Of a DNA stretch of 64,000 bases, positions 1-10,821 are shown one piece after another; the first letter of the stretch is position 1, and each line of letters starts with the position of its first letter. The notes beneath the pieces were generated by a model. That model was not told the origin of the DNA. It saw only the letters and a list, made by a program, of their open reading frames with translations, and searched no databases. The DNA is from an uncultured bacterium. GTDB lineage: Bacteria > Actinomycetota > Thermoleophilia > Solirubrobacterales > 70-9. Both the position numbers and the translations under genes were made by a program. The stretch covers positions 410,286-474,285 of the forward strand of contig CAVUCV010000001.1 of the NCBI GenBank assembly GCA_963740125.1, read 5' to 3'.

Positions 1-1
1 C

Positions 2-212
2 CTGAAGGACCAGACGATCCCCGAGGAGCCGCAGTCCAACCTTTCGATCGAGGAGATGCTCGACGAGCTGATCACGCCGCTCGGGATTCCCGGCGATCTC
101 GAACGTGCCGGTCGGCCACGGCAAGCACATGGCGACGATGCCGCTCGGCGCGAATGTCCGGGTGGACGGCGACGCGAAGACCCTCGAGATCCTCGAGGCA
201 GGGGTGACCTGA
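2..212 (+). pseudogene. LD-carboxypeptidase (peptidase S66, LdcA-like), C-terminal fragment entering from upstream; one apparent frame change near 95
   Basis: Reads ...IEEMLDELITPLG, then in the next frame PAISNVPVGHGKHMATMPLGANVRVDGDAKTLEILEAGVT*. This matches the conserved S66 C-terminus. TGA at 210-212. Confidence 0.5.
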
Positions 213-246
213 TGGTGCCTTCAGCCGAATGAGACAAGGAGTGGCG

Positions 247-2062
247 ATGACGAGGTACTCGAGGCTTCCGCTTGCGCTGGCGGTCCTGTTCGCGACGGCG
301 GCGCTGGGCCTCTTGGCCGCGCCGGGCCAGGCGCAGGACGAAGGGGGCACCGACGCCCTTCGCATCGGCTGGGCCCAGGAGCCCCAGACCCTCAATCCGT
401 TCGTCGGGCAGGACGAGGAGAACTTCAACGTCTGGTCGCTCACCTGGGACCTGCTCGTCAACTTCAACCCCGAGGACCTCTCGACGACTCCGGGCATCGC
501 CACGGACTGGGAGGTCGCCGAGGACGAGAAGTCGGTCACGTTCGAGCTCGACCCGGACCGCGTCTGGTCCGACGGCGAGCCGATCACGTCTGAGGACGTC
601 AAGTGGAGCCTCGAGAATCTCGGCTCGGAGGGCGACATCTTCGCCGGCTACACCGACGGCATCACGAAGATCAAGACGCCTGACGACTACACGGTCGTGC
701 TCGAGACCAAGGAGCCGGACGCGCGCCTGATCGGCGGGCTCTTCGTCTACATCCTCCCCGAGCATGTCTGGGGGAAGGTCGATCTCGACGAGCTGACCGG
801 GACCTACCAGCCGAAGATCCCGATGGTGGGCTCCGGCCCCTACATCGTGACCGAGTTCGAGCGGGACCGGATCATCACGATGGAGCGGAACCCGGAGTGG
901 CAGGGCGACGAGCCCGGCTTCGACGAGGTCCAATACATCAAGTACGGAAGCCAGGACGCGGTCGAGCGGGCGCTCACGCTGGGCGAGATCGACATGGTCG
1001 TCGAGGTCGAGGAGTCCACGTTCGGGCGGATCGGCGAGGACCCGAACATCGAGACGCTGTCGAGCCCGAATCCGAGCTACACGCAGCTCGCGTTCAACCT
1101 GTGCTCGGAGGAGGACTGCCCGGATGCCGTAGTTCAACCCGGCGGTCCAGGAGCTCGAGGTCCGGCAGGCGATCGCCTACGCGGTCGACCGCAGTCGCAT
1201 CAACGACATCGCCGCCAAGGAAACGGCGTTCGTGGCGAACGGCGTCCTGCCCTCGTACTACAAGCAGTTCTACACCGAGCCCGAGCAGCTCTATCCGTAC
1301 GACCCGGAGCTCGCGAACCAGATCCTCGACGACGCCGGTTGGGAAGACAACGGAGACGAGCCGCGCACGAAGGACGGCATGACGCTCTCGTTCGACCTCT
1401 TCGTCCGCTCGGAGTCCAACTACAACGTCCAGGCCGCACGCCTGGTCGCGGAGATGGCGGATGAGATCGGCGTCGAGTTCAACGTCCAGGTCGTGAGCGT
1501 GGACAAGCTCTACGACCTGACCGTCCGCAAGGTCGACGGCCTGCCCGCGCCGGAGTTCGACACCTTCATCTGGGGGTGGGGAGGCGATCCGTACGACCCC
1601 GGCTACCTCCTGAACGTCTTGACCTCCAAGGAGATCGGAAGCCTCTCGGACTCGTTCTGGTCGAACCCCGAGTTCGACCAGCTCTACGAGGAGCAGAGCC
1701 AGACGTTCGACGTCGGCGAGCGCAAGGAGCTGATCGCGCGAGATGATCGAGATCGCACAGGAGGAGGTGCCGTACCTGGTCCTCACCTGGGATCCGAACC
1801 TCCAGGCCTATCGGACCGACACGATCGCCGGAGTCGAGCGCGGCGTGTCCCGCCGAGACGGGCGATCTCATCTGCGAGCAGACCTCGTATGAGCCCCTGC
1901 TCAGCATGGAGCCCGCGGACGGCGAGCGCCGGCGGCGACGACGGGGGCCGCGGAGCCACGTTCCTGGCGCTCGTCGGCATGGCGGTCGCGAGCCTGATCG
2001 CCTACTTCGTGGGCCTGCGGCGAGGCCGCCGCGAAGCCGAGCCGTTGGAGCTCGACGAGTGA
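247..2062 (+). pseudogene. ABC transporter substrate-binding protein, family 5 (peptide/nickel, DppA/OppA-like); frame changes near 1130, 1740, 1845 and 1925
   Basis: AAGGAG lies before the ATG at 247. Signal peptide MTRYSRLPLALAVLFATAALGLLAAPGQAQ. Family-5 SBP sequence (LRIGWAQEPQTLNPF..., GSGPYIVTEFERDRIITMERNPEW...) continues in other frames as FNPAVQELEVRQAIAYAVDR, then MIEIAQEEVPYLVLTWDPNLQAYR. It ends in a hydrophobic C-terminal segment. Confidence 0.85.
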
Positions 2063-3028
2063 ACCGACGCTGGATCATGGGCAAGGTCGGGGCCGCGGTG
2101 GTGACCCTGATCTTCGTCCTCATCTTCAACTTCTTCCTGTTCCGGGTGATGGGCGATCCGACGACCCAGCTCGCGCGGCTCCCCAACGCCTCGCCCGAAG
2201 AGGTCGAGAAGCTTCGCGAGGACTACGGCATCGACAAGCCGATCACGAGCCAGTTCACCGACTACCTGGGCGACACGGCCACGCTCGACCTGGGTATCTC
2301 GCAGGCGCTCCCGCCGGGACGTCTGGGACGAGATCGTCGACGCGCTCCCATGGACGCTGCTCCTGGTGGGGACCGGCACGCTCCTCGCGACCCTGCTCGG
2401 CTCATGGTTGGGGGTGTTCGCCGCGACGCGGCGCGGCAAGAAGGCCGACACCCGATCGCTCAACTTCAGCCTCTTCACCTACTCGGCGCCCGAGTACTGG
2501 ATCGGGATCCTCCTGATCCTCGTCTTCGCCGTCTGGATACCCGTGCTGCCGGCAGGGCAGCAGGTGACTCCCGGAATCGACTTTCCGACCTGGTTCGACG
2601 AGGCGCTCGACGTCGCGGAGCACCTGATCCTGCCCGTGACGGCGATGACGTTGATGCTCCTCGGCCAGTACTTCCTGATCATGCGCTCGTCGATGGTCGA
2701 CGTCCTCACGGAGGACTTCATCACGGTCAAGCGCGCGACCGGATTGCCGTGGTACCGGGTGGTGAGAGGCCACGCGGTTCGAAACGCGCTGCTGCCGCTG
2801 GTGACCCTCTCCGCGATCCAGTTCGGCGCCATCGCGGGGGGAGCGATCACGATCGAGGGGATCTTCTCCTGGCCCGGGCTCGGCGAGCTCTCATACAACG
2901 CGATCGACGACAAGGACTTCCCGGTGCTGCAGGGGACGTTCCTCGTCTTCTCCTTCGGGGTGATCCTCGCGAACCTGATCGCCGACTTCGTCTACTTCGC
3001 CCTCGACCCGCGGGTGCAGGCGAGATGA
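2059..3028 (+). pseudogene. ABC transporter permease (DppB/OppB-like); one frame change near 2300
   Basis: The GTG at 2059 overlaps the SBP stop (GTGA). The N-terminal TM segment VVTLIFVLIFNFFLFRVMGDP continues in the 2366 frame through the BPD-transporter core (ITVKRATGLPWYRVVRGHAVRNALLP). TGA at 3026-3028. Confidence 0.85.
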
Positions 3029-3879
3029 CGCCCGAGGCAGGAGTCAGGCAGTTGCTCCTGGGCACGGGCCGTGGCCGGTTCGGGCTTTCGATCCTCGGCC
3101 TGTTCGCGTTCCTGGCCGTCTTCGGCGAAGCGCTGGCGCCATACGACCCGACCGCATCGAGCCGCGAGGTGCTCCAGCCTCCGAGCTGGGACCACATCCT
3201 GGGCACGACCGAAAACGGCGCCGACGTGTTCTCCCAGCTGATGGTCGGCGCGCGGGTGTCGATGGTCGTGGGGTTCGCGGCCGCCTTCATCTCGGCCGTG
3301 CTGGGGTCGACGGTCGGCCTTCTCAGCGGCTACTTCGGCGGCTGGACGGACCGGATCCTCGACTCGGTCGAGAACTGGTTCCTGGTCATCCCGGCGCTGC
3401 CGCTGATGATCGTCCTCGCGCGCCTGCTCGATCCCTCGCTGACGGTGCTGATCCTCGTCATCGGGCTCACCTCGTGGGCCGGGACCGGGCGGATCGTCCG
3501 TGCCCAGGTCCTGACGCTGCGTGAGCGCCCATTCGTCGAGCGCGCGCGGGCGCTCGGGGCGACCGATCGCTACATCCTGAAGACGCACATCCTCCCGAAC
3601 ACGCTGCCGCTCATCTTCGCCAACACGGTCTTGATCGTCGCCGTCGCGATCCTGTCGGAGGCGGCGCTCGCGTTCCTCGGCCTCGGCGACCCGAACCGGA
3701 TCTCATGGGGCTCGATGCTCGAGGACGCGTTCTCCGCCAACGCGCCAAGCGCCGAGGCGTGGTGGTACGTGATCCCGCCGGGGCTCTGCATCACGATGCT
3801 CGTGCTCGCGATCGCGATGCTGGGCTACCTCTTCGAGGAATACATCAACCCGCGCCTTCGGGAGCAGCACGCCGGATGA
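3025..3879 (+). CDS. ABC transporter permease (DppC/OppC-like), intact
   Basis: ATGA overlap with the upstream permease. Uninterrupted 284 codons with typical motifs (HILGTTENGADVFSQL, ERPFVERARALGATDRYILKTHILPN). Confidence 0.9.
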   Translation: MTPEAGVRQLLLGTGRGRFGLSILGLFAFLAVFGEALAPYDPTASSREVLQPPSWDHILGTTENGADVFSQLMVGARVSMVVGFAAAFISAVLGSTVGLLSGYFGGWTDRILDSVENWFLVIPALPLMIVLARLLDPSLTVLILVIGLTSWAGTGRIVRAQVLTLRERPFVERARALGATDRYILKTHILPNTLPLIFANTVLIVAVAILSEAALAFLGLGDPNRISWGSMLEDAFSANAPSAEAWWYVIPPGLCITMLVLAIAMLGYLFEEYINPRLREQHAG

Positions 3880-4724
3880 GCGCCCCGCTCCTCGAGGTCT
3901 CGGACCTGCGAGTCACCACCGGCGACGGCACGGCGATCGTCGACGGGGTCGGCTTCGAGCTGCGAAAGGGCGAGGCGCTCGGGCTGGCCGGCGAGTCGGG
4001 CTGCGGGAAGACGACCACGGCGCTTTCGGTGATGCGGCTCCTGCCGCCTTCGCTGACCCAGACCGGGACGATCACCCTGCGGCCCGAGACCGTGTCGAAG
4101 CAGATCAACGTCGGGCGGCGCACCGAGCGGGGCATGCAGGTGGTGCGCTGGCGCCACGTCTCGCTGGTCTTCCAGGGCGCGATGAACTCGCTCGACCCGG
4201 TGCAGCGCGTGGACAACCAGATCGCTGAGGCGATCAACCTCCACGATCGCAACGCGGGCAAGGCCGAGGTGGGCGAGCGGATCGACGAGCTGATGACGAC
4301 GGTCGGCCTGACGGCGAACACCGCCAGGCGCTTCCCGCACCAGCTCTCGGGCGGCCAGCGACAGCGTGCAATGGTCGGCGCTCGCGCTCGCGTGCAGCCC
4401 GCCGCTGGTCATCGCGGACGAGCCGACGACCGCGCTCGACGTGGTGATGCAGGCGCAGATCCTGCAGCTCCTGGAGCGGCTTCGCGAGGGCCTGGGCCTG
4501 GCGCTGATCCTCATCTCGCACGACCTGGGCGTGCTCGCGGAAACCTGCGATCGCATCGCGATCATGAACGAGGGCAAGATCGTCGAGATCGGCGAGGCGG
4601 GCCAGATCTTCGGCGAGCCGAAGCACGAGTACACGAAGGAGCTCCTTTCGATCCTGCCCGTGATCGGCGGCGAGCGCAGGGCGACGGCCGCCCGCCTCGA
4701 GCAACGGGGGAGTGCCGCCGCTGA
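3876..4724 (+). pseudogene. ABC transporter ATP-binding protein (DppD/OppD-like); frame change near 4370, 3' end uncertain
   Basis: ATGA overlap at 3876. Walker A GESGCGKT, signature LSGGQRQR, and in the next frame Walker B IADEPTTALD and HEYTKELL. Confidence 0.8.
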
Positions 4725-5694
4725 TCGAGGTCGCAGACCTCAGCGTGCGCTTCCCCACCCGGGCGGGGGAGGCGCGCGCGGTGGATGGCATTTCGTTCGA
4801 GTGGAAGCAGGGCGAGATCCTGGGCGTGGTGGGCGAGTCGGGCTGCGGGAAGTCGACGACGGCGCGGGCCATCCTGGGCCTGGTCGAGCCGCAGGAGGGC
4901 GAGGTTCTCCTGGACGGCGAGTGCGGCCGAGGGCCGAAGCCAGATGCGCGACCTCCGCCGACGGGTCCAGATGATCTTCCAGGACCCCTACCAGACGCTG
5001 AATCCGCGGCATCGCGTGCGGACGCTGGTCGCCGAGCCCCTCGTTGTCATGGGCGTCGAGCAGCTCCGAGCACGAGGAGCGGGTCGCGAAGGCGCTCAAC
5101 GACGTCGGCATGGACCCCGAGCGCTTCGGGGAGCGCTACCCCCACCAGCTCTCGGGCGGGCAGCGCCAGCGCGTCGCGATCGCCTCGGCGCTCGTGCTCG
5201 AGCCGGACGGGCTCATCTGCGACGAGCCGGTCTCGATGCTGGACGGCTCCGTCCGCGCGCAGATCCTGGACGTCCTCTGCGGCCTTCGCGAGAGCCGCGG
5301 GCTTGGCCTCCTCTTCATCACCCACGACCTGAGCCTCGCGTGGTCCCTGTGCGACCGGCTCTGGCGGTGATGTACATGGGCCGCGTTGTCGAGAAGCGGG
5401 CTGGCCACCGACGTGATCGAGCGCCCACAGCACCCGTATACGCAGGCGCTGGTGGACGCGATCCCGGTGCCCGTCCCCGGCGGAGGCGGCAGCGCGCGAC
5501 CTGCTCCCGGGTGAGCTGCCCGATCCGACCGCGTGCCGGCGGGCTGCCGCTTCCACCCGCGTTGCCCGAAGCGCTTCGGGCCGTGCGACTCGGTCGACCC
5601 GCCGCTTCTGCCCGCGGGGGCCTCGGGACAGCTGGCAGCGTGCCTCCTCCATGATCCGGCGCATGCCGGAGCGGCCAAGCCAGCAAGTGACTGA
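4712..5694 (+). pseudogene. ABC transporter ATP-binding protein (DppF/OppF-like); at least five frame changes
   Basis: GTG at 4712. [63 protein letters not shown] and CRFHPRCP are found in successive frames. TGA at 5692-5694. Confidence 0.8.
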
Positions 5695-6634
5695 TCGCTG
5701 GCGCGACATCGCCGGCGCGGTCGGCCACCTCCCGCCAGGTGAGCGGAACGCCATCACTGACGTGCCGGGCGTCCGCGTCGGGCACTCGCAGGCCCAGAGC
5801 GGCCAGCGCACCGGGGTCACGGTCGTGGCGCCCCCGGAGCTCCCCGCGCTATGCCGGGCACGGCCGTGGTGAACGGCACCGGCGAGCTGACCTCGAAGCT
5901 CGAGATCGACGAGACGGGCTGGATGGACACGCCCGTCTACCTCTGCGGCACGCACGCCCTCGGCACCGTCTACCAGGCGGCGATCATGGCCTCGGGCCGC
6001 GGGCCGCAGCACGTGGTGATTCCGGTCGTGGGAGAGACCGACGACGGCGACATGGCCGACTCGCGCACCGTGGTCGCGGCCGACGTCGACGCCGCGATCG
6101 CCGCTCTGGGCGCCGAGGTCGCGGAGGGGTCGGTCGGCGCCGGGACCGGGATGCAGCTCTACGAGTTCCCCGGCGGCATCGGCACCGCGTCCCGCCGGGT
6201 CGGCGAGTGGCACGTGGGCGTCCTTCTCCAGTGCAACTTCGGCGAGCGCGAGTACCTCGACCTGCTCGGGCACACGCCTGGAGCCGGCGGCGAGGCCCGC
6301 GGTGGACAACGGGTCATGCATCGCGGTTTGCGCGACGGACGCCCCGCTCACCGCGCAACAGCTGAAGCGCCTTGCCCTGCGCCCGCTCCTCGGCCTTGCG
6401 CGGACCGGCTCTTACGGCTCGGAGGGGTCGGGCGAGATCGGACTCGCGCTCTCGACGGTAAGAGGCGGAAGCCTCGGCAACGGCGATCTCAACCCGATCT
6501 TCGCCGCCGCCTACGAATCGGCCCACGAGGCGGTCATGAACTGCCTGGTCGCCGCCGAGCCTGCGGAGCGCCTCGACGGCACGATGCAGGACGCGTTCCC
6601 GGTCGAGCGGGCGCGCGAGCTGGCCCGGCGCTAG
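5651..6634 (+). pseudogene. Peptidase S58 family aminopeptidase (DmpA-like); frame changes near 5850 and 6300
   Basis: NAITDVPGVRVGH..TGVTVV, then AVVNGTGELTS...PVVGETDDG...VGAGTGM, then GSCIAVCATDAPLTAQQLKRLALRPLLGLARTGSYGSEGSGE. The start could lie anywhere in 5651-5687. Confidence 0.7.
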
Positions 6635-6660
6635 CCGCTCGCCGCGTCAGAATCCCGGCG

Positions 6661-8207
6661 ATGCAAGACCGTGCCGCCACCGCCCGCCGGATCGCCGCCT
6701 GGTCCGCCGGCATCCTGGCCGCCACCGCGCTGGCCGTCGCCGCGATGGTGGCGGGCTGGCGGGTAGCGGGGCCGACCGAGTCGGACACCGAGCTCGGCCG
6801 GGTCTCCTTCGAGGTGGGCGCCGACCCGTTCGGCGAGGTCGACGCCTACGTCCCGATCGCCGACTGGGGAATCCGGGCGAACGCGTTCGACGCGCCGTTC
6901 GAGCTCAGGGCCGAGATCCGCTCGCTCGACCGCAGGGGCGCGCTCGAGGCGGCCGGCGGGGAGCGCGCGGCCGTCGACGCCACGCGGAGTGACCTGGAGA
7001 GCGCGGCCAGGCGCGCTGTGATCCGGGGCTTCGCGTTCGCGCTCGGGGCCGCTCTTCTCGTGGCGCTCGTCCTCTGGCTGCTCCGCTCGCGCTGGGGCCG
7101 CCTTGGCCTCGCCGCGCTCTGGGTCGCCGCGGTTGGCGTCGTCGGCACGGCGGCCTGCCTGTTCCTTGCGGTCATCACCTTCGACGCCAGGGCGTTCTCT
7201 GCGCCGTCCTACTACGGCCGCGGCCCCGAGCTGGCGCAGCTCCTTGCCTTCTTCCAGCGCCAGCAGGACAACGACCGATACTCCGCGACCTTCGACAACG
7301 CGCTCACCAACTTCAGCGCCTACCTCGCCGATGCGCCGCAGGGTGGGGGAGGGAGCCGACCGGGCGGTCTTCTTCGCGTCGGATCTGCACTCGAACCTGC
7401 CGATCCTCTCGTCGCTCGGCGACTTCGTCGGTGGCGAGCCGATCATCATGGCCGGGGACTTCGGCGTCACCGGCAGCCCGGAGGAGTCGAGCGTGACCAC
7501 CCCGCTCATCGCCGCGCTCTCCGATGAGGTCATCGCCGTCTCGGGAAACCACGACTCGGAGATCCTGATGGATGAGCCTCGCCGCGGCCGGCGTGAACGT
7601 CGTCGGCTCGGACGGGACCGTGCTCGAGCGAGGACGGGATCTGGGAGGCGGGTGAGTACCTCGAGGTCGAGGGCCTGACGGTCACCGGGTTCTCGGACCC
7701 GCTCGAGTGGGCGGGACCGGATCCGGCGTCGCCGGAGAGGATCTTCTCGTTCCCCGAGTTCGAGGACGGCGAGGAGCGGTTCGCGGCGGCCAAGGAGGAC
7801 GTCGTCGCGTGGTTCGAGGGCGCTGCCGGAGCCGCCCGACATCGCGCTCGTCCACCAGAGCTCGCTGGCCCAGCACCTGGCGGCGACCATCGCCGACGGG
7901 TACACGCAGCCGCTCACGATCGTCACCGGCCACAACCACTTCCAGCAGATCGATCGCTACGCGGGAGGCCTGATCAACGTCGTCAACGCCGGCACGCTGG
8001 GCGCGGGCGGTCCGTTCAGGGTCGGGCAGGAGTCGGCGGGGCTCGGTGAGCTGCACTTCGCGGACGAGGATTCGGCGCTTCAGTCCGTCGACCTGATCCT
8101 GATCGAGCCGCTGTCGGGCCAGGCCCAGGCCGAGCGCGTCGTCCTCGACGTGATCTGCCCTCCGGAGGAGATCGAGCGACGAGCCCTGCCACTACGAGCC
8201 GGGCTGA
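6661..8207 (+). pseudogene. Membrane-anchored metallophosphoesterase (calcineurin-like); several frame changes (about 7345, 7570, 7830)
   Basis: N-terminal TM helices, then the phosphoesterase motifs FFASDLHSN, IMAGDFG, VSGNHDSE and VTGHNHF, each in a different frame. Confidence 0.6.
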
Positions 8208-8240
8208 GCGGGACGCGCCGCGGACCCATACGCTGCCGGG

Positions 8241-9457
8241 GTGCCCGCGCTCTGCCGACCTCGACCTTCCGTTCCTCGACTGGACCGACGACGCGCTTCG
8301 CGGCGACGAGTTCCACGACCGGATGGAGGCGCTGGCGGCGGAGAGCTGGCTGGCGGGCTCAGAGCCCGGCTGGATCTTCGTCCTCGACCGCGAGGCGGCG
8401 AACTTCTTCCTCCGCTCGAAGCAGGTGGTCTTCCCGTCGGCGGTGGTAGCTGCCGCGTTCGGCATCACCGACGGGCCGCTCGCCGAGGCGATCCGCAAGA
8501 ACATCATCTCGACGGAGGGCGCGGACCACGGGCGGCTGCGCAACCTGGTGAACCCCTCGTTCACGCCCCGCGCAGCCGACCGGTGGCGGCCGCTCATGCG
8601 CGAGCACCTGGCCGAGATCTTCGCCCCGCTCGAGGGGGGCGGCGAGTTCGAGTTCGTGGACGCCGTGGCCAAGCGCTATCCGTCGATGCTGATCGCCTCG
8701 GTCGTCGGCGCGCCGGTGGCGGACGCCCCGCGCCTACACAACTGGGCGACGTGGTTCCAGCGCCAGTTCGATCCGGCGGCGATCATGGCGAGCCGGGATG
8801 AGATCGAGGCGGCGATCGTCGAGTTCACCGCTTACGCGACCGACCTGATCGAGGCGCGGCGCGGTGACCCGGGCGACGACCTGATCTCGACTCTCCTCAC
8901 CGCCACCCACGAGGGCGACCGGCTCTCCGACGACGAGTGCCTCAACCTGGTCATGAACGTCCTGGCCGGCGGCGTCGACACGACTCAGGCTCAGCTCGCC
9001 CATGGCATACGGCTTTTCGCCCGCTACCCGGACACGTGGGAGCGGCTCCGCTCTGACCCCGACCTCGTGCCTCGCGCCGTCGAGGAGATCCTGCGCTTCG
9101 AGCCGATCACGCCGTTCACGGCGCGGATGACGACGGAGGACGTGGAGCACCGGGGCATCACGATCCCCTCGGGAACGGTGTTGATGATCTCCACGTTCGC
9201 CGCGAACCGCGACCAGGCGACTTACGAGGAGCCGTTCACGTTCGACATCGAGGCCGACCGAGGCAAGGCGAAGCCGATGACCTTCGGAGCCGGGATCCAC
9301 AACTGCCTGGGCGCGAGCCTCGCACGCGCCGAGCTGCAGGAGGCGCCTTGCCTTCCTCGCGCCCCGGATGCCGAACCTCGAGCTGGCAGGAGAGCCGGTG
9401 TACGAGTCCGTCGCCGGCGTATACGGGCTCGAGGAGCTGCCGATCCGCTTCGGCTAG
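8241..9457 (+). pseudogene. Cytochrome P450; frame changes near 8250 and 9340
   Basis: I-helix LAGGVDTT, EILRFEP (ExxR) and heme loop FGAGIHNCLGASLA. The C-terminus LAFLAPRMPNLELAGEPVYE...IRFG* is in the next frame. TAG at 9455-9457. Confidence 0.85.
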
Positions 9458-9783
9458 AGGTTCGTCTGCTGAACGGTCGGGCTGGGGTGGACGCTGACCA
9501 CTCGCAGCTCATCGTCCCCGACGCACTTGAACCCGTGGACGGTCTCCGGGGGAACGACGACGATGTGGCCGGCGCCGGCCTCGATCTCGCCGTCGCCCAC
9601 CGTGAATCTCGCCGATCCGGCCTCGACGACGAACGCCTCCGCGTAGGGGTGGAAGTGGAGATCCGGCCCCTGGCCGGCCTCGTAGCGGGTCACGAAGATC
9701 GAGACCGGGATATCGTCGCGGCCCTCGAACAGCGCAGCCGTGGCGCTCAGCCGCAGGTCTTCTATCGGGGTCACTTTGGCCAT
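9454..9783 (-). CDS. Cupin domain protein, intact
   Basis: MAKVTPIEDL...GPDLHFHPYAEAFVVEAGSARFTVGDGEIEAGAGHIVVVPPETVHGF. This carries the cupin His motifs. GGGAGA lies upstream of the ATG at 9783. Confidence 0.75.
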   Translation of the reverse strand: MAKVTPIEDLRLSATAALFEGRDDIPVSIFVTRYEAGQGPDLHFHPYAEAFVVEAGSARFTVGDGEIEAGAGHIVVVPPETVHGFKCVGDDELRVVSVHPSPTVQQTNL

Positions 9784-9843
9784 GGCTCGAGTCTCCCACA
9801 TGCGCATGGCTTCGGCTTGGAGGAAGGGGGTAGAACTCCTTGC

Positions 9844-10821
9844 ATGCGGGAGGACGAGTTCGAGCCACCAACCGCGCGGCGCAGGATGCAGGCCGTCCGG
9901 GCGGAGCGGCGCCGGCGCCTGTTCGTCGCGGCGCTCGGGGCGGGGATGGCCGCGTTCGTCCTTGGCGCCGTGGTCGGGGCGTCGTCCGAGGACGGCGACG
10001 ACACCGCCGCGACCGAGGAGACGTCCGGCCCGATCGAGCTTCCGCGAGGCGGGCGGTCGCTGCTACCGGAATACCGGCTCGTCGGCTTCTACGGCGCTCC
10101 ACAGGACGAGGCGCTCGGGGCGCTCGGCATCGGCCCTCCGGAGGAAGCCGCCGACCGCTTGGCTGAGCAGGCGGAGGCCTATGAGCGGGGCGGTCGCAAG
10201 GTCATGCCGGTCTTCGAGCTCCTGGCGACCATCGCCGACGCGACGCCCGGGGAAGACGGCATGTACCGGACCCGCCAGCCGCACTCGGTGATCCGGGAGT
10301 ACCTGGCGGAAGCCAGGAAGAGCAGGGGCATCCTCCTGCTCGACATCCAGCCTGGCCGCGCGGACTTCGCCGACGAGGTACGGCGCCTGGAGCGCTACCT
10401 GGACGAGCCCGACGTCGGGCTTGCGCTGGATCCCGAGTGGCACGTCGGCCCGGACGAGATCCCTGGCGAGGTCATCGGCTCGGTCACGGCAACCGAGGTG
10501 AACGGCATCGCGGACAGCCTGTCAGCGACGGTCGAGGAGCTCGGCCTGCCCGAGAAGCTTTTCGTGATCCATCAGTTCACGGACGACATGATCACGTCGA
10601 AGGCGCTCCTGGAGAAGCACGACGGCCTGGCCACGGTGCTGAACGTCGACGGCTTCGGTGACGCGCCGAACAAGATCGCGAAGTACGACGAGCTTCATCC
10701 GAGGCGAAGGAGCGGCTTCTTCTCCGGCTTCAAGCTGTTCTACCTCGAGGACTACGGCCTGATGGCTCCGGGCGACGTGCTGGGCCTGAAGCCGCCGCCC
10801 GACCTGATCGTCTACGAGTGA
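9844..10821 (+). CDS. Conserved hypothetical protein with an N-terminal membrane anchor, intact; function unknown
   Basis: MREDEFEPP..., the TM segment LFVAALGAGMAAFVLGAVVGA, then about 270 uninterrupted codons with normal composition. No diagnostic motif recognised. Confidence 0.6.
   Translation: MREDEFEPPTARRRMQAVRAERRRRLFVAALGAGMAAFVLGAVVGASSEDGDDTAATEETSGPIELPRGGRSLLPEYRLVGFYGAPQDEALGALGIGPPEEAADRLAEQAEAYERGGRKVMPVFELLATIADATPGEDGMYRTRQPHSVIREYLAEARKSRGILLLDIQPGRADFADEVRRLERYLDEPDVGLALDPEWHVGPDEIPGEVIGSVTATEVNGIADSLSATVEELGLPEKLFVIHQFTDDMITSKALLEKHDGLATVLNVDGFGDAPNKIAKYDELHPRRRSGFFSGFKLFYLEDYGLMAPGDVLGLKPPPDLIVYE

Noticed and set aside
1906-3879. 657-aa ORF spanning the SBP tail, permease 1 and permease 2
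   Set aside because: Only the segments 2059-~2300 and 3025-3879 of this frame are real coding sequence. The Arg/Pro-rich middle is out-of-frame read-through of permease 1, whose true sequence is in the 2366 frame.
8323-10821. 832-aa ORF in the track that looks like one giant protein
   Set aside because: It is three things read through in one frame. The first is the P450 body (to about 9340, after which the real P450 C-terminus is in another frame). The second is a stop-free antisense stretch opposite the cupin gene. The third is an independent protein starting at the ATG at 9844.
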